Assembly (NCBI GenBank): GCA_037379345.1
Contig: CM074511.1
Location: 12,400,001-12,464,000 of the forward strand
DNA from: Perna viridis
Lineage: Eukaryota
Length of the DNA: 64,000 nt
Direction of reading: 5' to 3'
How positions within the stretch are numbered: position 1 is the first letter of the stretch; each line of letters starts with the position of its first letter. This document shows, in pieces, positions 26,701-41,700 of the stretch. A program made the translations under genes and the position numbers. A model generated the notes under the pieces. The model was not told where the DNA came from. It was given only the letters and a program-made list of their open reading frames with translations, and ran no database searches.

Positions 26701-29700
26701 ACGAACCAACACAAAAACATCAATTTCAATAATCTTTTAAATATGACTCCAAAACAATCCATTCCAAAAGGAAAATAAAACTTAATTACTAATCCTGTAT
26801 GAAAGAAAATAGTCAATATTTTTTAGTAAGCTTTAATCCTGGCTCTTTGTACATATTGGTCAAAATTTTCTGGTGATTATTTTAACATTAAAACTACAAG
26901 TACATTTGCACTGTAAACTGATAGTCAACATAACAAATATGAAATATGTAACATTTACTAAAAGTACATGTACATGAACTACATGTATCTATTTTCTTCT
27001 TTATGTTTACACCTTCTCATTAGTAAGGATGTGCTGATGAAAAAACTGACCTCATAATTTTCATGACAATAGAATGAACAATTTTTTTGGAATTCTCATT
27101 TATTGTTTTTGTTTTTATGATGCTTCTCTTTCATGTTTTATCACACCATATAATTCAGATTCTACCACTCCTTTTTTTTATCTTGACTTTTCTTGTAGAT
27201 CTTGCACAACTGCCCAATATGGGAATTACATGTATACAATTAAATATCAAATGAATCTTCAACAAAAAGGGACATTGCTTATTTTAATAAATGAGAGCTT
27301 TAGGTTTCTTAACACATCTGTCATACACACATTATGTGACATACAGTTATTTATTGTCACTCTCTCCAGACTTTAAATGAATAGGGTTGTTGTGAATATG
27401 AAAAATGTACAGAGGAAGGTAAAACTATACAATGTACCTACAATGTACAATATACAAAATAAATATGGAGTCATTCTTCCATACTGCTATTAAAAAAAAG
27501 TTTCCTGTACAAAATATATACCCAACAGACTACTTAAATATCTTGAAAAGAAATCATTCATCCAACTTTCTGGTTCCATCATTTATGATATGAACAAATC
27601 CTGACTAATTCCAAATATACAGGTGTATTGAGTCAGACTTAAAACAGCAGATAAGCAAGTTGTGACCTCCACTGCCCTTGCAACTTCAAAATAGACGAAA
27701 AAGACAAATATATCACAAAGCCTCTTCATATTCATTTATATGCTGGATGAATTGCATGTATCCTCCAAATGGAAAATTGAGTGCAAAGAAACAATAATAC
27801 CAACACCCCCTCCCTTTGAATGGAAGGATTTTGACTGGAAAATATTGGAACAAATGCTTTATTGGTCTATTGGACAAATTGGTGAAAAGTAACTTTTACA
27901 ATAAGATGACTTGACAACTTTTCAATCTTGAATGATTTGACCCATTATTTTGAAGAAAGGTTTGACCATATTTTATTGATACTATGCACAGTAACTTGTA
28001 TAAAACTAGGATAATAATAGGGGAAACCAAATAGGGGAGAAGCAGTAAAGAATTGAATTATAGCTTTCTGTATTGTAAAACTTTGCCATTCTGACAACAA
28101 CAGGTTTAACAAGTATCAAAGGATAGCTTGATAGATAAATCTGGTGGTGTTTTAATGACATCTACCTTCATTTACCTTTGGCTGAATGGCCCTCAATCAA
28201 GGGGATTAACTCACAAAGGTGGTCCAGTTAACTCCCTTTTCAAGAGAACAATAAGAAATTGACACCTACCCTGGAAACAGCCCTGGGGTTATTGTTAAAT
28301 GTCAAATATTTTGTGGGATAATTACTAGGATTAATAAAAGAGATTTTTACTTTTTTGTGTAGAATGACATGAATTGTTAACAATACATTCTATATCAAAT
28401 AGTAAAACATGTTCTAACGATAGAGGGCAAGAAGAAAGAAAAACATGACAAATATGTGTTAAAAGTCTGTCATGTGAAAATGCAATTTACATTAGTAAGA
28501 CTTAAAGATTTTATATGTACATGTATTTTCAATCAAATCCTTATATGTAAAAGAAAATATATTGACATATATTTCAAAGCAAATGTATATGGAAAGAACT
28601 GTCCTTCCATCTAATTCTTCAAAGGAAGTTTATGTTCTTTGACATTAAAAAATCATGATCTAGTATTCATACAGATACATTTGTATATTAAACATTCAGA
28701 ACATCCTCATGGACATGTGACATGGCTAGCCAAAGCTGAAATAACAAGTCTTCATTCCTCAGGCCATAATCCATGGAAGACAAACAGTTAATAGGATTAT
28801 TCTTCATCAACAGTAAACCCATGATCCACCCTCAATTTATTTCATGATTGATTGCAATTAAAGTAAATGATTGCCTTATTCAAGGTATCATCTAGGCGTA
28901 TGCCATATTTTTCCATAAGCTGCTTTTGAAATACGTATGTAGTCATACCAATTTGATCTAAAGAAATCAAAATCACAATTAAGAACCAATTAATGTTGCT
29001 ATAAACAGTTTACAAACTTATTTTCAACCACAATTAACCATCAGCAATCATATTTTATTTGTGTAATAAGAACTTTGACTGAAACAAAAATCTAATTACA
29101 GATAATAAGGATTAAAAAAATTGTCAATGTGATTAATAGTGATACAGGATTAGGACGTTTCACATATAAAATCAGGATGCACATCAAACTTCTGATCTTT
29201 TTCCATAAATGAACAAGCCTGTGATATAATCCTAAAGGACATAGTTACAATACACTTTGCTAATGCTTTAACTGGTAAGTTGGGATGTTGTAAAAATTTT
29301 TGTTGTTACTTTCTATAAATTTTACCAAAACAGTAGGTATACAAAATTAAGCTTATTGCAACATTTAGTATTGTTTTTATTATTGTGAAATTAAAAAAAA
29401 AACAATTTATACATCCTCTTCCTTAACAAGCTTAGCTAAAACAAATATAACAATAAAGTTTCAGATAGGAAATTTGGAAGTACATTGTATTACTATCTGC
29501 AATGAATTACCAATACAAATTAACCATACTAATATCTTCTATTCATGACATAGTACTTCCTGCCATAACTAGTTTGAATGATAAGTTCAGGTATAAACAA
29601 CTTCCATTTGTTGTTTTTAAGACAATTTTTTTTAAAGTAAATTCTATATTGACACTACACTTTGGAAAGTCAGTAACATAAAAAAGCATCTTATTTGAAC

Positions 29701-32700
29701 TACAGACAATTGCTTCCCCATCATTATGGAAATACACAAAAATGTCTGTTGCTGACACGTATCCATATACAGCAGCTGTTGGCTGCTTTATAAAAAAATA
29801 AAGATGGCCATGTACCGTTTTACTACCAGCATTACCATAGTCTCTTTCCTTGTACAAATGTAAATTTATCAAAAAATGAACAATTGAGTTAGTGTATGCT
29901 GAAAAACATGCTAATTTAATAATAGGCATTTCATAAATTCAATTTTTTTTCACTATGGTATATTTCTGTTTCAGGGATTTTAATCTTTCACCTGGAATCC
30001 ATCACAGATCGTAAGGAGAATAAATAAATCATACACTGATATTACACATACTAAGTAAGGTCAATAATTACTGTGTGTGTTCATTAAATATCAAACTGGA
30101 GTCCACATTTGCAATGCAGGATCCCTACTCTATGATGCATCGAGACGATAGATTTTTCAAGCCTTATAACCAACCATCTTCAAGTTCTTCAAGATTTTCC
30201 AACATGTCAGCATCTTCCTCATCATACTATGGAATGCATTATCCATCTCACACCATTACACAGAGTGACTTGAGTGGATCATTAGACTTCTCACAATTTC
30301 CAGCCGGTGTGGAGGGTTTAATGACATCGTCACCAACCACACACACAATGCCGAACCCTATACCGGCACATTCTTCCAACAACATGTCAACCTTACCAAC
30401 AGATAGTTTGTCGCCAGACTCATCAAATAATCCTCCAACAACCTTATCTCTATCACATAATCACCATTCCTCCAGTGGTTCTCCAACAATGGATGTTTTA
30501 GATGTTTTAAATTCTCATAGTTCTAGTCCCATTGATGATAAGACAAGTATTAAAAAGAAGGAGACTGATTTTAATACAAATACAGAACTTTCATCACCAT
30601 CATCAACAACAAGCAATCACTCATCACAACATGATTCAAACAATGCTGAATGTGATGGTGAAGGTGACAATAACATGCCTCCAAAGAAAAGGCAAAACTC
30701 AAGTCAGGATTCCCAAAGAGACAGTGCTTATTGGGAAAAACGAAAGAAAAATAACGAATCTGCAAAGAGGTCAAGAGAAGCTAGAAGGATGAAGGAGGAA
30801 CAAATAGCATTAAGGGTAGTATACCTTGAGCAGGAAAATTTGCAACTTCGTACTGAAGTGTCTCTATTGAAAGGGGAGATTGAAAAACTGAGATGCATGT
30901 TGTACAATCCATGAGAATGGACTTCATCAAGAACTTGAGATAAATTCTGTGTTCAGATATCAGTGTTCAAAAGGCAACTGTGTATTTTATTCTGTCTCAA
31001 TGGCAACAATGGAAAAACAACTCAGGGTCATAAATCAGGGTTTACTGAACTGTGATATGAAATTTCTCAGGGATGTCAGTCACAATGAACTTTCATTCTA
31101 AATCATAGAATGAAAAAAAAAACATGAAATGTTTGTTACAAATTATACATTATTGTACAGAAAATATATTTATTGATTGTGTATTAGTGCTGTACGAGAA
31201 GTTTCCACGACCATCTGATATTAAACAGGGTTATATCCTTTTTATAGCAGTATTCACTACATTTGACCAGGCAGTTTTACTACATCAAAAAAAATAATTC
31301 TTGAAATTTATTAAGACTACAGAAGAATTTTTGATAAGAAACCTATCCAAATTGGGAAATTTACTCCTTAAAAAATGAGAATAGAATATTTTTTCCCTGT
31401 AGTTTCAAAACAAAAGAAAAAAACCCAAACTAGTAACATCTACATGTGGACTGGCTCAAAGTAAAGATTGATACATTTTGTTCACCAATATATAAAGTAC
31501 CAAATCTGCAATACAATATATCTCAGCCTGGTCAAATGAAAACAACTGTCATATGGACATTTATACATGCTGAAAGGCAAAAAGGGTAACCATTTTGTTG
31601 TGATTTTTAATAGAGGATTTTTTTAATTGTTAAAAACCAGTTTTTTTCTATTGAATTGGAACCCGGTAACTTGTTTGAATGTGACATTTTAGCAATTGTT
31701 TGCAACTTGTTGTGTACCATTTTATTTTGTACAGATTCAATTTTTTATTTACAAATACTCCAATAACTTTCAAGTTTACTCATATGCATGTTTCTGCAAT
31801 AGTCAAATATTTCGGATGGTCTTATTCTACAGAAGTCACTGAAACAGGTAATCAGCTGTAAAGTCTTTGTACAATGTATCTTTGTAAAAAGGACTATTTT
31901 ACAGTCTTAAAAATTATTTGAAATCTTTAGAATGTTAAAATTAATGCTAATTCATGCCATCCTGGTTTTTTTATTGAATATGAATCATACAGTTACATCC
32001 ATTATAAACATGGATGATACTTACAATTATTTTATTCAAATATAATTGTGAATCGTTATCTTAAAAACTTTATATCAGTTGATATTTTATACAATACTCA
32101 AATTCAAAAAACTAGAATATGACTTATAACAAGTATAGATGTATAATCATTTTGCCATTACCATGCCAACCATTTGTTTATACTAAGTACCCCGGTGTAA
32201 AATAGTATTATGTAAATGCTATGTAAAGGTGTGTATTCACACCAATTTGTTCAGCAATGTTTGTGATTACACATTTTTAAAAAAAAACAATAATAAATAT
32301 GCAATAAATCAAATGAAAATCAGAGGGTGTCATTTTCCTGCATCTTAAGAAATAAAATAGTGTACTCCAATTCATATTCCCTGACCTTTGACCGTAATTA
32401 ACTATCATACAACTACAAAAAAACATTGTCTTTTAACTCTAAGGTACACAAAATCACAGCATATAGTCCCTCAAATTTCATGGAAGAAACCTTTCTGATT
32501 GTACACAATACCCTTGAATGGGACTTTATGAAGGGGTCTGAATAGCAGAACATGACCATTACAGACAGAATATGAAGTACTACAGGCAAAAAAATGCTAT
32601 GCAACTCTAAAACTTCAGATTAATGACTTGATGGAACAACAGTGGGACCATCATATTTCAGAAAACTACAACATAATAAATATCAGGTATTTTTAGTAAA

Positions 32701-35700
32701 ATCTGACTTGTTCCATTAACAATTAAAATATACCTTCAGGTTATAAATGTATATGTTTGTACATGTACATGCAAAGTCATAGCAAAACTGATCCCTCATG
32801 ACAACAGTAGTCATTCATAACTGATAAAGAACTTTTTTTTTTACAATGAACCTGGTAACTGGCCTCTATAACAAGGTCGGTTATAAACGGATTGCCAGAT
32901 ATGTTATTATTGAGACATTTACACAAATCGTTATAACTTAATCATAAAAACACACAAGTTGAATATACATGTATATTTATGGATAAAACTGCACCTAATG
33001 ATCCATAATGATATAATACAGGAAGGGTCATATAGTGTATGGGTCGTTATACAATGGACATTAACTAGATGCACTGTCCAAGAAACAAATAGTCATGTTT
33101 CAAGTATAAACCCAATCAAAAGTCAGGCAATGGCTGACTTGATCTGAAAATTATTCTATGAGTCTTTAGGCACTATAAATACAGTGCATATTAATTTTTT
33201 TTTAAAATAGTTATGGAGACAAAATCTTTCATGGTACATGGTATTAGTCTGAATTTCAAGCTACTGGTACTTGTATTTAAGGCATCTAGAGTTACTTATC
33301 TTACAATTAACCAATTAACATTTACAATGTTTTTTTTTTCAACAGAAAAGTCCATTATATAGCAATATCATTTACATGTAACATGAGCATTTATGGAAGT
33401 TTAAAGAACTCAAAAAACGTTCAGATATAAAAATGAAGTTATACCACTGTGATATTACACAATATGTGCCAGTTTACTAGATGTACATGTATTACTTTCT
33501 CAGTCCACATTCTTTATGGCTATGTGAAAATATTTCATATGCAAAACAGAAGATCTCCTGAGACTGGCATAATTTCATCTTCACAGCTTATAATCAATGG
33601 TCAGTAGCAACAGTTAACCCAATACTGTTGAGTACATTTGTACTGCAGCATATATTTCACAGATACAAAGAGAGATAACTCAGTTTCAAATATTGAATCA
33701 TGAAAAGAAATTCTGATCCATTAGGGTTATCTCTCTTGTCATATAATAAGGTGGCCAGATTAAAAATGAGAGGTTATGTAAAGTGACAAAGACAGTTTAA
33801 TAAATATATCTTATGATTCACAGAAGTCATGCCAATATATTTGAAAACCCAATAATATTCTCACCAATAACTTGCATCTGTAGAACTGCATACAGAAAGA
33901 CATGACTCTTATCAATTCGATTAAACATTATAGTGGCACTAGGATACCAAAATTGAACACCATGGTGGCATGGGAACATCCAGGTTAAACACTACGGCAG
34001 CATGAAAACACCCATATAATTCACTCCAGTAGCATGAGAATGTCCAGACTAAATATTGTAGCATGAGAACACCCAGATTAGAAAGTACCAGTAGTTGTTT
34101 TCCCCTGCTAATATTGCCTAAATTTCTATGCTTAACATATGAAGAACACCTTTTTATTCTCCAAAAAGAATGGTTTAAGTCATTTGGCTATAATGTGTCC
34201 ATAGCAAGAGACCCAATTTATGAAGATTTCCAATATTCTTTTAAAGAAACACCATAACCCCCATCCCCCCAAAAAAAAATAACAAAAAAAAAAACCCCAA
34301 AAAAACAAAGCACCTTTTATTAGTTAAGTTTGTTCTAGATGTGTTAGGGATGCTGTTTGAAATATAAATAGATTGGAAGTGTTAGGAACTGACATGATTC
34401 ACTGTAATACGGTTGTTTCTTTTTGTAATCTTTTTATACATAAAATATACGACTTGAAAACAGGAACTTTATGGTACCTGAAATTAATACTTTTTTCCAT
34501 TATAGGAGAGCCAGTGATGAGTTGGCTGTAAGAAAAGGGGGATGCAGTACAGTCAATCCTGACTAAAGTGATCTTCCAGGGGAGATTACATTCATTTTCA
34601 TATACATAAGACACACGGTCTTAGTATACAGGTTTCTTTTACATGGGATTCACTAAATAGGGATATATATCCTTTTGACAGCTATTTAACCGTCCGTGCG
34701 AGACCCGACAAAGTGGTAAAGGACGTTAAAGAGTAATCAAGGTTATAGCGGTAATCAAAAGAATGTAATCCAGGGACAAAGACCAGACATGGAAAACAGA
34801 CATACACAACAAAGAACATAAAGTAACTAAAATCATACATACAAAGTGACAAAAGTAAATGAGCAACTCGGACTCCACTAAAAACTGGGAGCATGGACCA
34901 GGTGCACCGGTAGGGTAAGCGTGCTCTTAGTAGTAGCAGTTATTGAACTTGAATATTACAAGAGTGACAAACGTTGATCCCTGGTGAATAATTACCTTTA
35001 AAATATGCTCCAGTATATGACCATTGATGACAGCCTGTTGTTTGGCAGTCACCCTGTATAGATCTACCACCATCTCGACACATTTCTCAGAAAATGGCAC
35101 AAAATTCATGGTTACCCAATCAACCTGTTGATATAGTGTATAATAGTAATAGACAAGTTCAGATGGTCAAGTAGTTTTTGGCTTAAAATATTAGGAAGTC
35201 AAAAAGATTTTAGTGTAAGTTGTTTTTTTTTCCAGAGAAACTCTTGATAAGTAATGATTTTAACATTTTTTCAACCACAAAAGAAGTAATTAAATTATTT
35301 CACCGTAATATGAAATTATTTCAATGTATGCATTTTGGTATTGAAATTTTACTTTAAAACAGCCAAAATTGTGCAATAATTTTCTAAAAGAAGAGTTTAA
35401 CATTCTTACATAATTGTGGTAACTTTTGGAGCAATGTTTTTGGTTTTTTGAGTTGCTTTTTTGTTTTTGTTTCTTTGTACAAGTTATTTTGTTTTTTTCA
35501 TATTCCTGACTGTGTGTCTGTTTTCCTTGTCTGGTCTTTATTCTTTATTATTTTGTTTTCTGCTTTTATCTTGGTTCCCTTGATTACTCTTTCAAATCTA
35601 TTCTTGTTTTATTGATTCCTTTTAAGTATGGCAAGTTCAGCCTCCTCTTTGTTCAGCTAACTGAATACATAATGTTTAGTCATCCAATAAGCTCACACAT

Positions 35701-38700
35701 TATGAAAGGCCAAATTGTCTAAGTTTTGTCATCAAACTTAATCTATTTTGAACATTTGGTTATATATCACTATATCTACCTACCGATGGTCCTTTGACAG
35801 TACCAAATGCCTTAGCTTCTATCTGTCCAAACTTTGGTACCCTGACACCATACTCTACATATGTTAACAACTGATGGTATATATCTGGGTACATAGACTG
35901 CATTTGTTCTGGACCAGCATTTACTGCCTGTAAAATAATCAACATTGTAATGATGAAACCTATCTTTAACAAAAAAAAGCATATCATTCAGTGAATTGTA
36001 AATTGATATATTCTAACTACTCAGCTCAGCATATGAATCATCATTAATCAATGGCTTTTAATTAAAAAAAAAAAACAACATTGCCTTACACTGAACTAAA
36101 GTGAAAACACTAATAGGACAAATTTTCACTACCATTTAAAACAGAGTTAGTAGTATAAACTAATGGTAAAAAAATACTGGCAACCCCTTGCCATTAAAGA
36201 GACGTTCTAAGACCTTATGCTTTGACCTTGAAAATCAATAGAATATCCTCAGTACTACATATTTTCTAAGTCTGGGATGCAATCTACTGGAGGATTTTGA
36301 TTCTTGGAGGGATAAAGGAATGAGAGATGGAATGACTCATACTATCCTTACTTTACCTTCAGCAGCAAGGAGATAGCAAGCTTGGAACAAGTATATTTAG
36401 ACTATGTTATGTCTTTCTAGAGTCTAGTTTACTTTTGTATAAATTTTAATATTTTTTGCTTCATACTTCCTATTTTCCCTGCTGGTAATACAAATGTATT
36501 TTGTAGTTGCTATGTACATGTTATTCCACAGAAAACATTTCTGATTCAGTCTTCAGATAAATTATTAGGTAACTGCTGGACATTTGGTTCAGCTGATCAG
36601 CAAATTTACAGAACAGGACCTAAACCTTCCAAGGGACCTTGATAAAATGACTATAGTTCATGTATTTTTCAAATTATAATTTGTAGAGCTGTTGTGGACT
36701 GCATAAAAATATCTTTATGCCAATCTGCAACATTGTTTTAATCTACATACAATATATAATCTATATAGTAGAGTGTTAGTAAAATTCACCCGTGAACACA
36801 TTGAAAGGAAGTTAGAACATACAGTTAGACCCTTCATACAGTCTAACAATTCTACTATACTAACACTGTATAGCTAAATATGTACAAATATTGGAACATG
36901 ATACAAGTAAAGCCAGTGTTCAACAACATATCATTTTATTTTTTATTCTTCATGCAAAAGATCTCAAAGAATATATAGTTCTCTTGTAACTGTCAATATG
37001 GAGTTACATACAAAAAGGTAAAGAGAGTAATTCAAGCAGTCAACATTTAATCCATACCAATTATCATTGCAAACCCCAAAAAATTGGTATATAAGAGTAT
37101 ATTAAACTTCATAGTAGTAGAACAGAGAACCTGGCAAGTTGTTTTAGGAATGCATAATTTATCCATCTGGTAGAAGTTATAAAAATTACGTTGGGATGTA
37201 AAGAAAAAATATCTACCAGTTTAAATATACAAGGTTAAAAAATACTAACTAAAGTTTTATGTAATATCTTGATGACTTTTATCAAACCAATGGAATCAGC
37301 TAGAAAGAGTTGAAACAGGCAGACATGTTGATTACTAATACATGTATTATATACCCTGTCTCCACCGAAAAAAATAAAACCAAAAAAACTTGACCAGAGA
37401 GAATTAAGAATCAGTTAATAGATTAGGACAAGTAACTGTTACTGACAATGAGGTAAATTATTTTCAAATGTGCACAAGAATCTAGTCCAACTAGACCATA
37501 CACACTTCAACTGACAGAAGCAATTCACTATTGGCATCAAAACAATACACTAATTACCTTGTAAGCTGCAAACTAAATACATCGTAAAGTCATAAAATCA
37601 TAGTGAAAAAGTAGGAAAATAAAAGTAATATAAATATTATATCATGCTGATATATTTTAATGAATTCAATCAAAGATTTTGATAAATGAACTATCATTTT
37701 AAAATAAAGATGATGAATTGAGACTAGATTAAACTATAAAAAAAATACCACAAAAAAACCACAAAAATGACTTGGAAAAAATATTGATGAGAAGATCTGC
37801 ACCTTTTAATACGAATTATAAAATGGCTCATATTATGATCTTGCGCATGCACAAAGCTAGTTAAAGTGCACTGACTAGACGAAGTACTGATATATGGTTG
37901 AGGCTAAGAACCACAGGAAAATGATGGACTTCGATATTTCCACTAGTTTTTTTGTCCAATTAGTGTTCTGATTTTGTCCTTATATTGCTAACATTCTAAA
38001 CAACTAAACAACTAAACAAGAAATAAAAAAATTTGATCTGAAGCTGGCAACTGCAAATTAATGTACTGTACTGTACATCACAATAACAAGTTGTTGAATA
38101 TCACATATAATTATACTAATTATAATTTTGACTGCTCATATATAATGGTTGCTATAGAAACAAAACCAGGTTTCATGACATTGTGGCTGTATCTTTATAG
38201 CAAACATATTAATACAAATTTATGCTGTGAGTATTGATACACGGAAAAAACATCTCTCAGCCCAAACTCAATTGACAGTATGTAAGGCAAAAAAAAAAAA
38301 AAATGTAAAATATGAAATGTAAAAAGGTGAGCATGCAAATAAACATATTGCTGTGTAGTACATGCACTATGTTCATAAATGAAGAAACAAGGGTGCAACT
38401 ATTTGCCTTACCCACTTTGTGGTAGAGGCATTGATCTTTTACATTTGAGTAACTATAGTGGATCCTGTGAAGTAAAACAAGGGGATGCTGTGGAGTGAAG
38501 GTAGAGGATCCTGTGGAGTGAGGGTAGGGGATTCTGTTAAGTACGTCTTAAGTGATTCTGTAGAGTAATACTAGGGGATCCTGGGAGTGAGTCTAGGGGA
38601 CCCTGTGGAGTGAGACATGAGGATCCTGTGGAGTGAGTTTAGGGGATCCTGTGGAGTGAGGCTACAGGATTCTTTGGAACGAGTCTAGGGGATCCTGTGG

Positions 38701-41700
38701 AGTGAGACTAGGGGATCCTGTGGAGTGAGGCTAAGGGATTCTTTGGAATGAGTCTAGGGGATTCTGTGGAGTGAGACTAAGGGATCCTGTGGAGTGAGGC
38801 TAGGGGATTCTTTGGAATGAGTCTAGGGGATCCTGTGGAGTGAAACTAGGGAATCCTGTGGAGTGAGTTTAGGGGATCATGTGGAGTGAGTCTAAGTGAT
38901 CCTGTAGAGCAAGACTGGAGGATCCTGTGGATTGAGTCTAAGGGATCCAGTTGCATGAGTGTAAGTGATCCTGTAGAGTAAGACTTGGGGACCCTGGGGA
39001 GTGAGACTAGGGGACCATGTGGAAAAAGACTACGGGATCCCGTGGAGTGTGGCCAAGGGAATCTGCGAACCTTTAATTCGTTCGTCACTCCATAAATGCA
39101 GAGGAAGAGATTTGTTACACATGTATCTTACTGAGAACATGTTGTTTATTGTCCAATAAACTTTTTTTTCAGTTGAACATTGTTGCTGGTGTTTCTGTTT
39201 TATGAGAATTTTCCCACCTCTGTTTTTTTTTACATTACCTTAGAACCCATACACCAACCAGTAATAAAAATTGACATCTAGCAGGAGATTGTACAAATTT
39301 CAGATAAATCATGAAAAGTTGACATAGTTGTTATGGTAGTAATAAATGTATATGATTTTAACATGAACTCCAAACAACCTTTTAGATAGTGGCAGTCATG
39401 TTTACTTACTTTAATAAGGACATCCATGGCTTGCAGTACAGCTTCTTGTAAAGGTGTAACAGTGATTTCTGGGTAGGAAGGAATAATAAATGGTGATGCA
39501 TCACCATGGACAGGAACTGACAATGCTGTTTGTAATACAGACGATAATTTCTGCAGATCAGCAGTCACAAACCGAGTTTTGATATGTTCAAATAAATATG
39601 GAAAGGTTTGTATCAAGGCAGTTAAAAAAGCTTGTGAGGGAACATACACTTTTTCTGATTTTTTTGCAACTTTGGGTGGTTTTGTGGAGTTAGTTCCTAT
39701 ATTTAGCCACACTTTCCAAGCAGCTGTCCATAAAGTCAGATCATAATCACTTTCAGCATCAGCTGAAGGTTTATTTGATTGCACTTGTTCATGTGACTTT
39801 TTGACCTCCGACCTTTGCATGACCTCTTCAGGAGGGGGAGACATTTGAGGTAATCCTTCTATTTTGGGTTCATCAGTTTTATCCTTGCTGATCTGAAGTA
39901 TCTCCTGAAAGCTTTTCAATGCCGCTAGAGACACCTCAGCACTTTGACACAGTGATGCTGTTTCTAAATATTCCAGTAACAGTGACCAAGCACGAGGAAA
40001 ATCACCTGTAACACATGAAAAAAGGTGTATACCACACTCATATCATAGTCAATTCCTGTAGAAATGTCTAATGCAAATGTCTTTATTGAATTTTTTGTGA
40101 TTATTTTAAGGCAATGTTTAATAGTCTGGAGTAAGAATCTATCACATAAATTTTGGGTGTATTTATCTTGTGCATGCCTAAATCCAAATATTTAAATGCT
40201 AATACATTTAAAAGACTTGGTAATTTAATTTTTAAATGATTTTTGCAACAAGAAACTTCATTTGTACATTCACACTACACATTCTGTTGGTACTGAACAC
40301 AATGAATAATAACATTCCTTGATTATTCCCCTATCTAAGCTTACAACATGCCCACAATACAGTTCTGTATAATTTTCTATTTGTAATATTGTTAACATAA
40401 TACTGGTTTAAAAGCAGACCTATAGGTTGGAGAAATTTGCGTTTTGAGTTGAATGTTCTAGCCACACCAGCTAGAGTAAGTACTCTGGTCTCCGCCCATT
40501 GTTTCTCTGCAGTATCGCGGGAATGATGAATCAGTATGTTGCCAGTAGCAGCTTCATCCTTCACATTAGAAGCCTGTCCTGACAGCTTCTGTACATTTGC
40601 CAGCAATGGAAACAAAACCTGTAAAATATGAAGCATTACAGAAATTCACATCATCACCTTGATATTGAATGGTATACTTTACCAAAAAAGCATTTTGCAT
40701 TAAGATTTACAATATCCTATTGGTATGGCTGGAGGATAACAAGTGAAAAACAACTGATTAAAAAAAATATGAATAAGTACATCTGAACTCAATCTCTATA
40801 AAACATTTTATAGAGTCATTGGTGGCAATCCATTACCTCCTCTCCTTATTATAGATTGAACACCTTTAGTACAGGGAATTTTATTCTCTGTTGACTTGTA
40901 TTAGGATTACACAAGTTGTTAACATTATTGTTTTAACAGGTTTTTGTTGATTTAAGGTTTTGTATGTGGACATGATTAAATATTCAGCTTTGTATTCTAA
41001 TGTCAGGTCCTTATATGATCCACCCTAACACAATCCTTACCTGCCATAGGACTTTCTGCCATGTATCTTTATGTAAAAGACTACCATGAGCTGATATCAT
41101 AGAGAACAGTGTCTGCCCAGCGCTTTTCCTGATGGCGGGTCTCTGGTCCACACAGAGCTCACCAAGCTTGGTGTATAGACACATCCAGAGAGAATCAAAT
41201 GCAGGCATACCAAGTTTTTTACGATCTGCCTCAGAAATATCTGATTCCAGTTCCTTAGATATTCGTTCTCTATTTTGGTAAAAAAAGTCAGAAATGTTCC
41301 ACTGAAATGAGAAGAGAAAAATATTAATTCAAATTTCATTGATTGTACCATACAATGTTATAGGGAGGAGAACAGATAAATGTTTGTTTACTAGTCCTAT
41401 AAACATAAACAAAGTAAGTTGTCTGACATCACTATATATGAAGTATATACATTTCTTATAAGTGTCTATTTTTGTTGTTTGGGTAATGTTAATTCTTAAT
41501 AGGTTTTGTGATTTGTTAGTATATTTTGACAAATTTATTGACCAATAGAAAAAAAAACCAATCTTTATGGGGAACAGAAACCAATCACGATAATCCTCCA
41601 CACAAATGAGCTTATACTTATTCACTATATTTTACCAATAGTCCAATAGAAGTCAGACTTATATTCAATTCTTGATGCTGGAGACCAAATCTTGCTGCAA

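Noticed and set aside
30075-30113. GTG start of the bZIP ORF as given in the track
   Set aside because: This is a eukaryotic gene; the first ATG in reasonable context is at 30114.
30532-30792. Alternative-frame and antisense ORFs overlapping the bZIP CDS
   Set aside because: They are shadow ORFs of the real coding sequence with no recognisable motif.
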